From positions 123,733 through 187,732 of the forward strand of contig NMRA01000431.1 in NCBI GenBank assembly GCA_002633005.1: 64,000 bases of DNA, written 5' to 3'. Shown here piece after piece: positions 1-11,281 of the stretch; within the stretch, counting starts at the first letter, position 1; the number at the start of each line of letters is the position of its first letter. The position numbers were made by a program, and so were the translations under genes. The DNA is from Phoronis australis (Eukaryota > Animalia > Phoronida). Under the pieces are notes generated by a model. That model was not told the DNA's origin and did not search any database. It saw only the letters and a program-made list of their open reading frames with translations.

Positions 1-311
1 AATATTGATTAAAATACACATTTTCATTCTCATTCGATTATAAGTGGATGTTAGTTTACGTATTCTAACCATTTTCAATCACACAGTAATTTTATTGCAC
101 GTTGAACGTCATTAAAGTATGAATTCATCAGTGTTTACATTGTTCGGACTGCGCTCCTAAGTAAGTATTGATTATTCACCGCTTGGAGCGCTAGTGTTTC
201 GACCGGTAACCATTGCGGCGAATGGTAAAATGGCGGAGTGAACTCTCCTATACTGGTACACTCCTTGGTCTAACTGCAACACTCACTTCCGCTTAATCTT
301 GAGATTAAGCA

Positions 312-470
312 GGCGTGCGTTCAGTAGACGCTTGGACCTACGCCAGGACCTAACTAAAATCTAGTCAAAGTCACATGTTCTCATTTAAAATGCACGGCAA
401 TGTCTCACGTAATATCACGAAGTCTTGCTATTTAGCGAGGTCCTAGCGTTACTGAACGGGAGGCAGGATT
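312..470 (+). mobile_element. ~160-bp MITE; a second copy lies inverted at about 26627-26785
   Basis: Imperfect TIRs (GTTCAGTA.ACGCT.GGACCT / AGGTCCTAGCGTTACTGAAC). The body aligns in reverse with 26627-26785. Confidence 0.7.
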
Positions 471-1757
471 CCAAGTTCACGTGCAGCATAACCACGTCTA
501 CAAGTACAACTACTCAGTCAGTGACAGTCACTCAGTAGTTTAGTACTTAAGCCCAGTACAGTACTTACACGCCGCATGGTATCAACGGGCAATAGACTCA
601 AGACGGTGACTATGCCATAGGTTCTCCATACACCGTAAACTTTTCGGCTAATTATGCCTCACATTGGCCATTGGGACTTGAGTAAACCATCATTGCATCA
701 AAATCATGTCCATTTCTTTAATTCCTTCCAACTCGAATAAATACTCCAGTAATGTAAGTTTAAACTTGTTTCAAGCAGTCCTTCATTCATTTGCCCAAAT
801 CAGTAACTGGCCATTTACACTACTCCCCACAGGGGATGTGACATATCACCTGGCGCGAGCAGTCGCCATTTTTTCACTCAGGGTGCAAACCTATATGTTA
901 TGCAATCATATTGACAGAATTTCTTCACCTCCGGCAGATATTTGTGTGATGATCTTGTTTTAGCACCGGTACTTATGACATTTACACATTTTATAGTCCG
1001 AAAAAATGTTAATTATGGCCAGAGTAATCCATAATATAGCTGAAAATAGCCAGAAATCCATCATTATTTTGTTTCACTGAAACATTGCATGTTTTTAACT
1101 CGCATGGTATTTAATTTAATTAAATCACATATTTAATTGAAATTTAATGTTTTTCATGATCTTAAGATGCATTTCTTGTTTTTCATTAAGGGGATTGCAG
1201 GGATCTGAAATGTCAAACACAATTTTCAGGCACACTTGCAAAATGATATCAATGTCATGCAAAAACACTAAATTTGCATGTGCTCTTTTTCTTACAGACA
1301 TGGCAGAACAAGAAAAGCATTACTAGTGTTTTGAAGTGTGTTTTTAATGGTTGATGGTATATAGAATTTGATTTAAAAACCACTTATTTGTACCAGATGT
1401 CCTGGTGATTGGATTCCTCAACCAAATAATATCACCCATCTCCTAAAAAAACTGTGTATTCTCCGTAGCCCTGTCTGAATTCCATTAAATTCTTCCATTA
1501 ATAAAAGATTTTTGATACTGCACATTGGGAATCTAGAAGCTATCTTTGACCCACAAAAAAATATTAGACAAATTCCTGGATTTGAATTGATCATGTAACA
1601 AAAATGTCTTTTTTTGTATTCTCCGTAACCACTGTATTCTCTGTAGCCCCCAACTTTGAATTGTCAGTACATGGTTTGAAAAAAATTGTATCTAATAGCA
1701 TTTACTGAGGAAATGCCATGGAGACAAGTAAACTCTCCAACACAAGAAAAAATACAA

Positions 1758-4082
1758 TTTTTATGCGCCCACATATTTATATGTGGACGCATTATGCCGT
1801 CATCTCTGTCCGTCCGGGCGGCATCCGGCGTCCGCTGCTCTATCTCCAAACCCCTTTGACATAGGTTCATGAAATTTGGCACATATGTTCCATTCATGAA
1901 TGGGACGGCATGTGCGAACTTTCGGACGGATCCGACTACTGGTGTGCCCCCTAGTGGCAATTTTAGTTTTACACGCTTACCCATGTATCTTCAAAAGTCC
2001 TGAACGGATTTTCATGAAATTTGGTATGTAGGCACCTATTAGTGAGATGACGCTATCCTGCCGTTTTCAGATGGATTTGACATAGTTTGCGCTACCTAGT
2101 GGCCATTTTTAGTGTTTTCGAGTCTGTTTATGTGCGTCTACCCCTCTATCAACCAAACCGCTCAAAGGATGATTGTGAAAATTGGCATGTATATGCTTAT
2201 TTTGTAGAGGACGGTTGACGATGATTTTCCGACGATTTCGACTACTGTGGCGCCTCCTAATGGCAGTTTTTTTTTGCGCCTATGGCTGTATCTCCTAAGC
2301 CGTTCACAGGATCTTTACCAAATTGTGTAAGTATATTTATATGATGTTAACAACGAAAGATGACGACTTTTGGACGGATCCAACTACCGGTGTGCCCCCT
2401 AGTGGCAATTTTAGTTTTTTACGCTTACCTTTATATGTTCAAAAGTCCTGAACGGATTTTCATGAAATTTGGTATGTAGGCACCTATTAGTGAGGTGACG
2501 CTATCTTCCCGTTTTCAGATGGATTCGACATAGTTTGCGCCACCTAGTGGCCATTTTTATGCGCCCACATATTTATATGTGGACGCATTATGCCGTCATC
2601 TCTGTCCGTCCGTCCGTCCGGCGTCCGGCGTCCGCTGCTCTATCTCCAAAACCCTTTGACATACGTTCATGAAATTTGACACATATGTTCCATTCATGAA
2701 TGGGACGGCATGTGCGAACTTTCGGACGGATCCGACTACCGGTGTGCCCCCTAGTGGCAATTTTAGTTTTTTACGCTTACCTTTGTATCTTCAAAAGTCC
2801 TGAACGGATTTTCATGAAATTTGGTATGTAGGCACCTAGTAGTGAGATGACGCTATCCTGCCGTTTTCGGATGGATTCGACATAGTTTGCGCCACCTAGT
2901 GGCCATTTTTAGTGTTTTCGAGTCTGTTTTTGTGCGTCCACCCCTCTATCAACCAAACCGCTCAAAGGATGATTGTGAAAATTGGCATGTATATGCTTAC
3001 TATGTAGAGGATGGTTGACGATGATTTTCCGACGATTTCGACTACTGTGGCGCCTCCTAGTGGCAGTTTTGTTTTTTTGCGCCTATGGCTGTATCTCCTA
3101 AACCGTTCGCAGGATCTTTACAAATTGTGTAAGTATATTTATATGATGTTAACAACGGAAGATGACGACTTTTGGTCGGATCCGACTACCGGTGTGCCCC
3201 CTAGTGGCAATTTTAGTTTTTTACGCTTACCTTTGTATCTTCAAAAGTATTGAACGGATTTTCATGAAATTTGGTATGTAGGCACCTATTAGTGAGATGA
3301 CGCTATCCTACTGTTTTCAGATGGATTCGACGTAGTTTGCGCCACCTAGTGGCCATTTTTACTGTTTTCGAGTCTGTATTTTTGCGTCCACCCCTCTATC
3401 AACCAAACCGCTCAAAGGATGATTGTGAAAATTGGCGTGTATGTGCTTACTATAAGGAAGACAGCTGACAATGATTTTCAGACGATTTGGACTACTGTGG
3501 CGCCTCCTAGTGGCAGTTTTGTTTTTTTGCGCCCATGGCTGTATCTCCCAAACCGTTTGCAGGATCTTTACTAAATTTAGCAAGTGTATTTATGTGATGT
3601 TGACAACGGACGATGACGACTTTAGGATGATTCTGATTACCGGTATGCCTCTAGTGGCAATTTTAGTATTTGCCTCTAGTGGCAATTTTAGTATTTTACA
3701 TTGACCTCTGTATTTTCATAGGTCTTCAGGTGTATACTTTGTGTTACTTCGTGACTGTGAAGGAAAAGTTCCAAGTAGAAATTTGTTTCTGGCATTCTAA
3801 TGCTGTGCTAATCTCGTATGTTGGTAAATTTGTTTTTAATTCTATGTTTCTGTGGTGCTTTAAGCAACTGGTGTATAGGATGTGCTTGTATTATGAAGAT
3901 TACTCACATTTTGCCCCTAGCCTATTGAGGAGACAGCGACCATGCCTTTCCATTTTGCTAAGTACAACATACTACATATATGCCCTCTACTGGCCACTTT
4001 ATGGTACCAATAAACAACCCTAGAAGGATACCGTTTGCAGTGCAATTGTGGGCGCATTTCAACGCTCTGCGTTGCTCTTGTT
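1758..4082 (+). mobile_element. Non-autonomous Helentron/DINE-1-like element (HINE), composite of a 5' partial copy (1758-2553) and a full young copy (2554-4082)
   Basis: T-run start; 5' subterminal repeat ATGCGCCCACA with adjacent inverted copy TGTGGACGCAT; (GTCC)n microsatellite; central ~150-bp tandem repeats; 3' subTIR TGTGGGCGCAT (4047-4057); 3' hairpin CAACGC-tct-GCGTTG (4060-4074); ends in TT with no TSD. This is the hallmark HINE/DINE-1 architecture. Confidence 0.88.
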
Positions 4083-6055
4083 ATTTATGGGTGGGATTTG
4101 AGGCAAGTTCAGCTATAATTACTTTTTCAGTTTAAAATCATTATTAATAAAACATGAATGTTCTTGGGTCATTCAGAAGTGTTGATATTAACAAGTAAAG
4201 GAATTCTGTTGCATTTGCTCAAATATTCATTCATTTATAAACAGGTATCTGCATTTTTGTATTCTCCGTAGCCCCATCCATGACACCTGTGCTATGTGAG
4301 ACTTATGCATTCAATGTTTACTGATGATGAAACATGTTTTCCTGTATTTCTTTGATGGTAGTTAATGGAATGAGGCATTCCTTTTGACAGTGATGTGACT
4401 CTGATGATAGTTAAGTGCTGAGTATGTCTAAGGATTAAATACAATTGCTGTTTCATTTGTATACTCACACCTTGTGAAGCATACACAGGTGTGAACCTAT
4501 TTTTTATATTGGTGTTCAGTGATTAAGTACATTAGTTACCAATAATAAAATTTATTTTTCCTAAGCCAGATTTAAGTCTAATTTTTTCCAAAATGGATGT
4601 GACAATACCAATGATGTATTCTCCGTTGCCCAAACTTTTCTTTATTTCAACTGACCAAATCTTAAAAACAAAATGAGGATACTTCACAAAAGTTTAACCT
4701 GATATTCCATATTCCATGTTGATTCCAATAAACAAAGTCTCAAAGCTGAAATGAAAACTTCATAAAATGCCATTTCTGAAACAAAAGTGTGCACTCTGAG
4801 TGTAAAAGTGGCCCGTTGCCTATTTGAACGTATGGACTGCCTATGGCCTGGTATGGCTACTGTCTCTATAGTAAATGTGGCGTAAACAGGTCCCTCTTTA
4901 AAATGGCTTCCGGGAACCAGTTTCACTGAATTACAGACATTGCTGTTATTCGGTAAACTGGTTCACAGCAGGCATTTTCAAAGGGAACCCATTCACTCCA
5001 CTTTTACGGTCTCTACTGCCAGTTGAGACGGTGTTACCATCTAGCCACTACTTAATCTAGCTTTGTTTCTTGGTTGGTGGAAACTTGTACTATAGGCCTA
5101 CGTCTAGTTTGACTTTGGTCTTCATACTTCTTCTATCTGGTTGTCTACCTAGACATATCCTCTGGCGCAAGCAGTGTAAAAACAGACCAGTTGCCGATTT
5201 GGGCAACTGAATGAAGGACTGCTAAAAAATTGATTACGGGAGTATTTGTTCGAGTTGTAAGGAATTGGAGACATTGATGGCCTCCTAAGATGCCCCTCTT
5301 TGCGCAAAAGGTACTTAGAAGCAATGTGGTTTTGATGGTTTAATCAGTGTGAGGCATAATTCACCAAAACTGCTAGCTGAGACAGTGTCACTGTCTATCT
5401 GTCTACCCTGACTCCTTAGACGATGTATTGATTGTAGTCATGTCACCCAAGTGCTCCAGTAAGTGAGTCTAGACTGAGAACCACATGCAAGCTTCGTTAT
5501 GTATCATTGTCTGGATCTGACATCAAGACTACAAATAGAGGATTAAAAAAACATCATTCTTCAACACATCCACACAAAGACAGACACTGGCTTACATTAT
5601 TCTTTTCCCCTGTCTAGAGATTTGTCTCTCCCACCCCTAGACAGTACCACCATTTCAATTGGCGGCATTAGAGACAGTGGCCATCCTATAGGCCTGCCAA
5701 ACACTGGAAGCTTTTCAGCGAATTATGCCTCACACTGATTAAACAACCAAAGTGATGTTGCTATGAGTACTTTTTGTGCATAGATGGACAACTTAGGAGG
5801 TTGTTGAAGTCTTTATCTCTTCCCAGCTTGAACAAATTAATACTCCTACAATCGAACCTTTTTTTCCGTTACGCAAATCCGCAATTGGCAATATTTACAC
5901 TGCTCGTGCCAGGAGGCATGATGTCAAGCCTGAGACACGAGTAGTGTAAAAATAGCAGCCCTACATGATAGCCACCAGCTCTACTGAGCCAGATGAGATG
6001 GTGGTACTGTCTATCCTATCCTTAGCTACAGCTTTTGTATGTGCCTGAAATGCAG

Positions 6056-6092
6056 TAAACTAGCTATTAAGTGCACCTCTATTGACATGATG
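6056..6092 (+). CDS. Putative micro-exon of the unidentified plus-strand gene (KLAIKCTSIDMM)
   Basis: Acceptor tgcag| and donor ATG|gtatct; phase-0 join to the 6488 exon. Also phase-compatible with an upstream donor AA|gtaagt at 160/161. Supported by splice logic only. Confidence 0.3.
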
Positions 6093-6487
6093 GTATCTAC
6101 CTTTGCCGATTACAAGACGAGACTTCCAGTCAAAGATTCACCTATGGGAACTTGATTTATTGTAGTTTGTAGTCACCTTGACCTTTGCCAAAGGGTTCCA
6201 ACCCTAAACTAGACAAATGAATGTGTGTGCCCTCAACTTTCCTTTGTTCATACTTGGAAGCCGTGAGTTTGAATTTTACTTTGTGATATTCACTGATTTA
6301 CTGGATCCATTTTAAGGTGGAAAGCTCAGTTACAACATGAGTTGACAGTGTACCATGCACTCAGCTCAATTGGTTGTTGTACTCGACTTTAAAACATGAC
6401 ACTCAACTGTAACTGATTGCCAAAGGAGGTGTACATTCTCATACTTTGTAGCGTACCACATGTCTTAATTCTTGCCTTCCTTATCAG

Positions 6488-6638
6488 GTTGAAGAGCTGG
6501 AACTGATGAGCAGGATTCGTGCGCGGACTCTAGGCACGGAGCCATCTGTTGACAGCAACAAAAATCAAGATGATGCTGTGAATAATAAGGAACCTGACCT
6601 TGATTTGACCTTGGCCACCTTTGGACAGCAGGAAAATG
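6488..6638 (+). CDS. Putative internal exon of an unidentified gene (VEELELMSRIRARTLGTEPSVDSNKNQDDAVNNKEPDLDLTLATFGQQEN)
   Basis: Good acceptor (ttcttgccttccttatcag|) and an open frame with protein-like composition. Weak donor G|gtgatg at 6638; the frame also stays open to 6715. No family recognised. Confidence 0.55.
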
Positions 6639-7664
6639 GTGATGCATACAGCATTCTTTGGTCTTCATTATTGTTCTTGACTTTTTTGTGTTTTTTCAAA
6701 TATCTTGTTCCATGATTTCGAAAGAGACCCCTAATAGACCCCTAATAGACCCCTGGCTCTTTCGGAAATTCTCTATACAATGAAATTGGATGCAAGTTGC
6801 ACTAGAAACACTAAATGCTGGTGTGAGGTATTCTGTAATGCAACAGACAAAATTGACAATTGTTTGCCTAAATCGTGGTGCCAGTGAAAATAAGCTGGAG
6901 GTTGATGTGAATAAACGAATTGATTTTAGAAATCATATTGCTACATCAACACTTGAAAGTATAATTCAGAGTTTTCCAATTCAGGAAGCTAGCTTTTAAG
7001 TGCTTAATAGGGTTCCAGATCCATTAGTTTGTTCTAGACAAACCAAGAACATCATGCTTGCTGCATTCCATAGACCACTGGACATTATCTTGCATTTTAG
7101 GCAAAAACTATTCACTTATGAAACAAAAACAATGAATTCAATGCCACAGTTCAACACTCCAATCTCGCCGACCAATCACTTAAGTGGCGGCCATTTTGCT
7201 AGGTTTGGCTGTAAGCTCTTGGGCATACTTGCGAAGCACTCACTTTTCACTCATTTTTTTTGTAATATCTTGCTTTTCTTACAAGAAACTAGGTCTACGG
7301 AACTCTCTCCAGGTGAGTACAGGTAAATGTCAAATGTTCAAATGGGAATGCCAGTTGAACCACAATGCTTGAAAGATACAAACGATAGGTTGCCATACTT
7401 CAGGTTGAAAGAGGTAAGGCCGACTATAACATTACAATTTACCCTACCATTTTCTTATATTAGACCAAATATTTTAAAGCTCAAAGGTTAACTGACACAG
7501 CTGTTGAATAGGATGTCCACTGATACTCAACTGATACCAAACTTTCATAATAGCACAAACTTAAGTCACCTATATAACCAATGAGTATGAGACGTGTTGT
7601 TTATCCTGTTGAGTGCAATAACTGAAATGCCTTTTATATTGGTCTGAGGGCCAATGGGAGCTAT

Positions 7665-10345
7665 GAGCTGTCTGCCTCAAGCTGAGTTGACAACAAAGTG
7701 TAAACAATGGTATGCACTGGCAATCAACTACACAGGCAATACTGATTGATCATAATTTACGTTAACAGGTTTTTATATGAGTTCACATTGATGATTTCTA
7801 GTAATTCATAGGAATGGGATCTTTAGATATAAATGGTAGAGAATTCATATTAAACAGGAGATAACAATAATTATTTTTCATGCAAGTTTTATCATCAGTT
7901 GTGCGTCTAATCACTGAGCTATAATAAATGATTAAGAGGCAATCCATGAGTGATGATCTTTTATCATCTCCCTATAGATAATTCAATTGTTGTTGTATCT
8001 TTGTGCAGGGCTCGACGTTATGAAAATCACCAGGTCGCATCTTGCGACCTAGCCAAAATACCAGGTCGCTTTTTCAAAATCCAGCTCGTATTCATAAATG
8101 CCCGGTCGTAAAATGTACCCGCCATTTTATGTACTGAAATTGATTTTTTAGATCATCGAGAAAATGTTTAGATTATGCTCATACCTTCAGCGTAAAACAC
8201 TCGCAGTTTTCAGGTTGCAAAATTGAGTTCTTACATACGGCATTAGTGTTGTTTACGACTGCCATTGAAAGGCTCTAGAGCGCAAGACTTGTTGCCGATG
8301 TGAAAGTTGAATCAGTGCTCTCTAACCGACACGTGCATTCGAGTAGATAAGTTCGCAATGTGAAAAGGGGGAAAATACTCGTTGAAAAAGTATCCGCGAT
8401 TTTGCTAGGTCTGACCTGCTATATGATTGTCACCCTACCTCTAAGTGCAAACTCCCTCCAGATTTTGTTCGCAGACCAAACTTTTCAACTTAACTTGACT
8501 AGTTGTCAAAAAGATCCTTAAATCCTTGTCTTAGCCGAAATGACGTATTCGGATGCGCGGTAACAGTTCGTGAAATACTGAACAAATTTTCATGAAATGA
8601 AAAGCCTCGAAATAATTGCCGTCTTCGTGTGGGTTTCTATCAGGTAATTCGAGTTTGCTCCTCAATACTTTCCATGTACGGGAAAACTATGTCAGTCACA
8701 AAACAACACGCATGTTACTAGTGTTAACTTTCTTTCGGAGGTATAAAACAAAGCCGCAGTTTGGTTTTACATATTGAGAAAAGGCGTTTTTTGAAAAATG
8801 AATTTGTTGTGAAAAATGAGAGTGACTTGCTGTATAGTCTGCGGGTCAATTTCAAACTATGCGCGGCCGTTTGTAGTGCGCCATGATGGGCGCCAGCCTG
8901 AACTGTTATGTTTAATTGGAAATTCTCAAAAGTTAAGGGAGAATGCTTAGTAGAACAGTGAACGCTTATTATGGAACACTCCAAATGTAGGGAGTAGGCG
9001 CATGCGTGACCATAATCGTTAACCTGAGTGTTTGATGTAATAAGATATTGAAGGACTGCAATGATAAGAAATGTTTTTTATTACAAAACGATTTTGCGAG
9101 ACAAACTCCATCTAGTAGGCAATTGGCACCCGGGGAACTTAACAGAGCCAAGACGGTGTACTCTTTTATTTAGGACTGTCGCTGTTCTCTGTTGATGTGC
9201 AGCGGAGTGCCGCTGGAGTGGGCCTATACTTTACGTTGGCAACAATGTGTGACAGACTACTCATATATGTCGCGCACGTAGCTCTAGAAACAAATGGTTT
9301 GAGAATTTCTTGGTGACTCAAAAACTACTTTGTTGAAAGTAAAGTGCCAGCGTGTAGTTTGACGATTAATAGGGTGGTCATTTTCACGGTTGCTGTCTTT
9401 TGCGTTAAAAAAAAGAAGCTGAGGTGCACGTTTCTAAATAACGTTCATGCGCCGTGGAACCGCTTGCGTGCTAACAACAGGAACGACCAGTGTCGCAGTG
9501 AGATATCAGGGACGTCGTGGATATTTGATAGTAAGGGCATCTTACGTGAAAAATTAATATGTTTTTCCACCACATCGTTTGGTTAGTTGAGCATTTAGTT
9601 AGTAGCAACACTGCTGTTATGTGACGTTTGATCTCCTGTTACGCCGTGGTCTGAAGCTTACTTCGGCGCATCCGGAAATTTGCATAAGTAGTTGAAAATG
9701 TTAGCCAAGGAAATGTGTCAAAGATCAATTTTGCATTTCCCATGTTCATGCGACATGTTGACAAGTCATCGGGAGGGCTGTTCCACAGGCGCGCAAATTT
9801 CCCGATGACTCATAACCTAGCATATATAAGAAACATGTTTTCTTAGTAGTGATCAGTGATGTCAGTGATGATCGAGAAACAGATAAATTCAAGTGCCTAT
9901 GGGCTGTTCACGGTTAGTGTTCTTTTGAACTTGATTTGGCAACAACCAAATCACGGTCGAATTCACACGAATTGCTTTATATTTGCCAGGTATCTGTCGA
10001 GAAGTGTGAAAACTCAGCTCGCATACAGTGGAAATTCCAGGTGGCATATTCCTGTCAGTTTTTTAAAAGGAGACTGGCAGACTTGAAAACTTCCTTCACG
10101 AAGAACCATAATGGGGCTCTCATGCTTTAGCTTAGGTGTTTTGTGCAATGGGCCCAACCATGAGCCCTGTGCACGTCTGATGCACCGCAAATGACATCAG
10201 GCAACATGTGACTTGATATGAGCTGGCAAAAATCTCAGCTCGAATTTCCAAATTTCGGGTCGCAAACGCGACCTGCAGCTCGTTATGTGGAGCCCTGTTT
10301 GTGCCATGATGTATTGTCAGCTCTGCTATTGAGGCAGACAGCTCA
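7665..10345. mobile_element. MITE-like host element split by the 8006-10297 insertion
   Basis: Inverted repeats TGAGCTGTCTGCCTCAA..GAGTTGACAA (about 7665-7693) and TTGTCAGCTC..TTGAGGCAGACAGCTCA (about 10314-10345). Confidence 0.55.
8006..10297. mobile_element. Non-autonomous TIR DNA transposon (hAT-like CAGGGCTC ends), about 2.3 kb
   Basis: Termini CAGGGCTCGAC...GTGGAGCCCTG. Subterminal GGTCGC-n-GCGACC palindromes at both ends. Flanked by a direct repeat TTTGTG. No transposase ORF recognised. Confidence 0.75.
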
Positions 10346-11281
10346 GTTCATAGTTCTTCCTCTGTTCTGACCCTTTCTCAAAGAAGGTTTAGTGTTTGGC
10401 TGAAACATTTGCAAGTAGTACCGTAATATATTCAGAAATGACTGCTCACTCAGCTGATGATGTTAGGAGTATTACTTCTGACAATCATAGAGAAAAACTA
10501 TGCTAAAGTTTCCAAAATTTTCGAACAAAAATAATTGACAAAATGATCACTGTATAACTGATAGCTAACTTTATTCACAAACAAGTTCATTTGACTGGCG
10601 GATACAATATTGAAAAGTTCTTCATACACAGTCAATGAGTTACGTACCAGTTAACGTTTTTAGCTGTGGGTACTACAGCCTTTGATATATTAGCTATTGG
10701 TAACTGTATTGTTAAAAATGCTCGAATTTCATGTGTTTGCTGATGACAGTAATTGTTATGCAATATAAACTTTTTGGAAATGAAGTAAAGTTTTCATCCT
10801 GTTTACTTTTGTTGCCTAGTGAAGATTTTGATGACTAATAATTTTTCGTTGTTCAGCCATATTTTGTTCTAAATTGAATATACTTTATCGTATTCATCAA
10901 AGACAATAAAAGAATTCTAGTCTGACTATTCACTGAATCCCTACCAGACATATTTGAACCTGTTACCATGGTAACCTATTATTTGTACTCTGTGTATTGC
11001 GGTTCAGCTGGCTTCCTCCTAGAACACCTGTTGTTTGCCTGCACTCTGCTAATGAAAGGTCGTTACGGTATTTCTTTGTGATTGCCGTCATCCAAATTTC
11101 ATGAGTTATCTGGAGATCTCTTGTGTATAGAAAAGTCATTTCAAATAAGGTAATGGCAGAATGAGAAATGACTATTTCGTGTTCAGTATTTTGAAGACTA
11201 TATAAAGTATACAGTTCCACAATCCCACTAAAGCTTGAGCCATCTTCAGGTACTCGGCACACACACACACACACAAATTCA

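Noticed and set aside
3011-4023. Recurrent ORFs (MVDDDFPT..., MIFRRFGLL..., MPLVAILVF...) found again at 16 kb and 60 kb
   Set aside because: They are identical because they lie in recent copies of the same non-coding element; no Rep/helicase or other domain, and disrupted in older copies.
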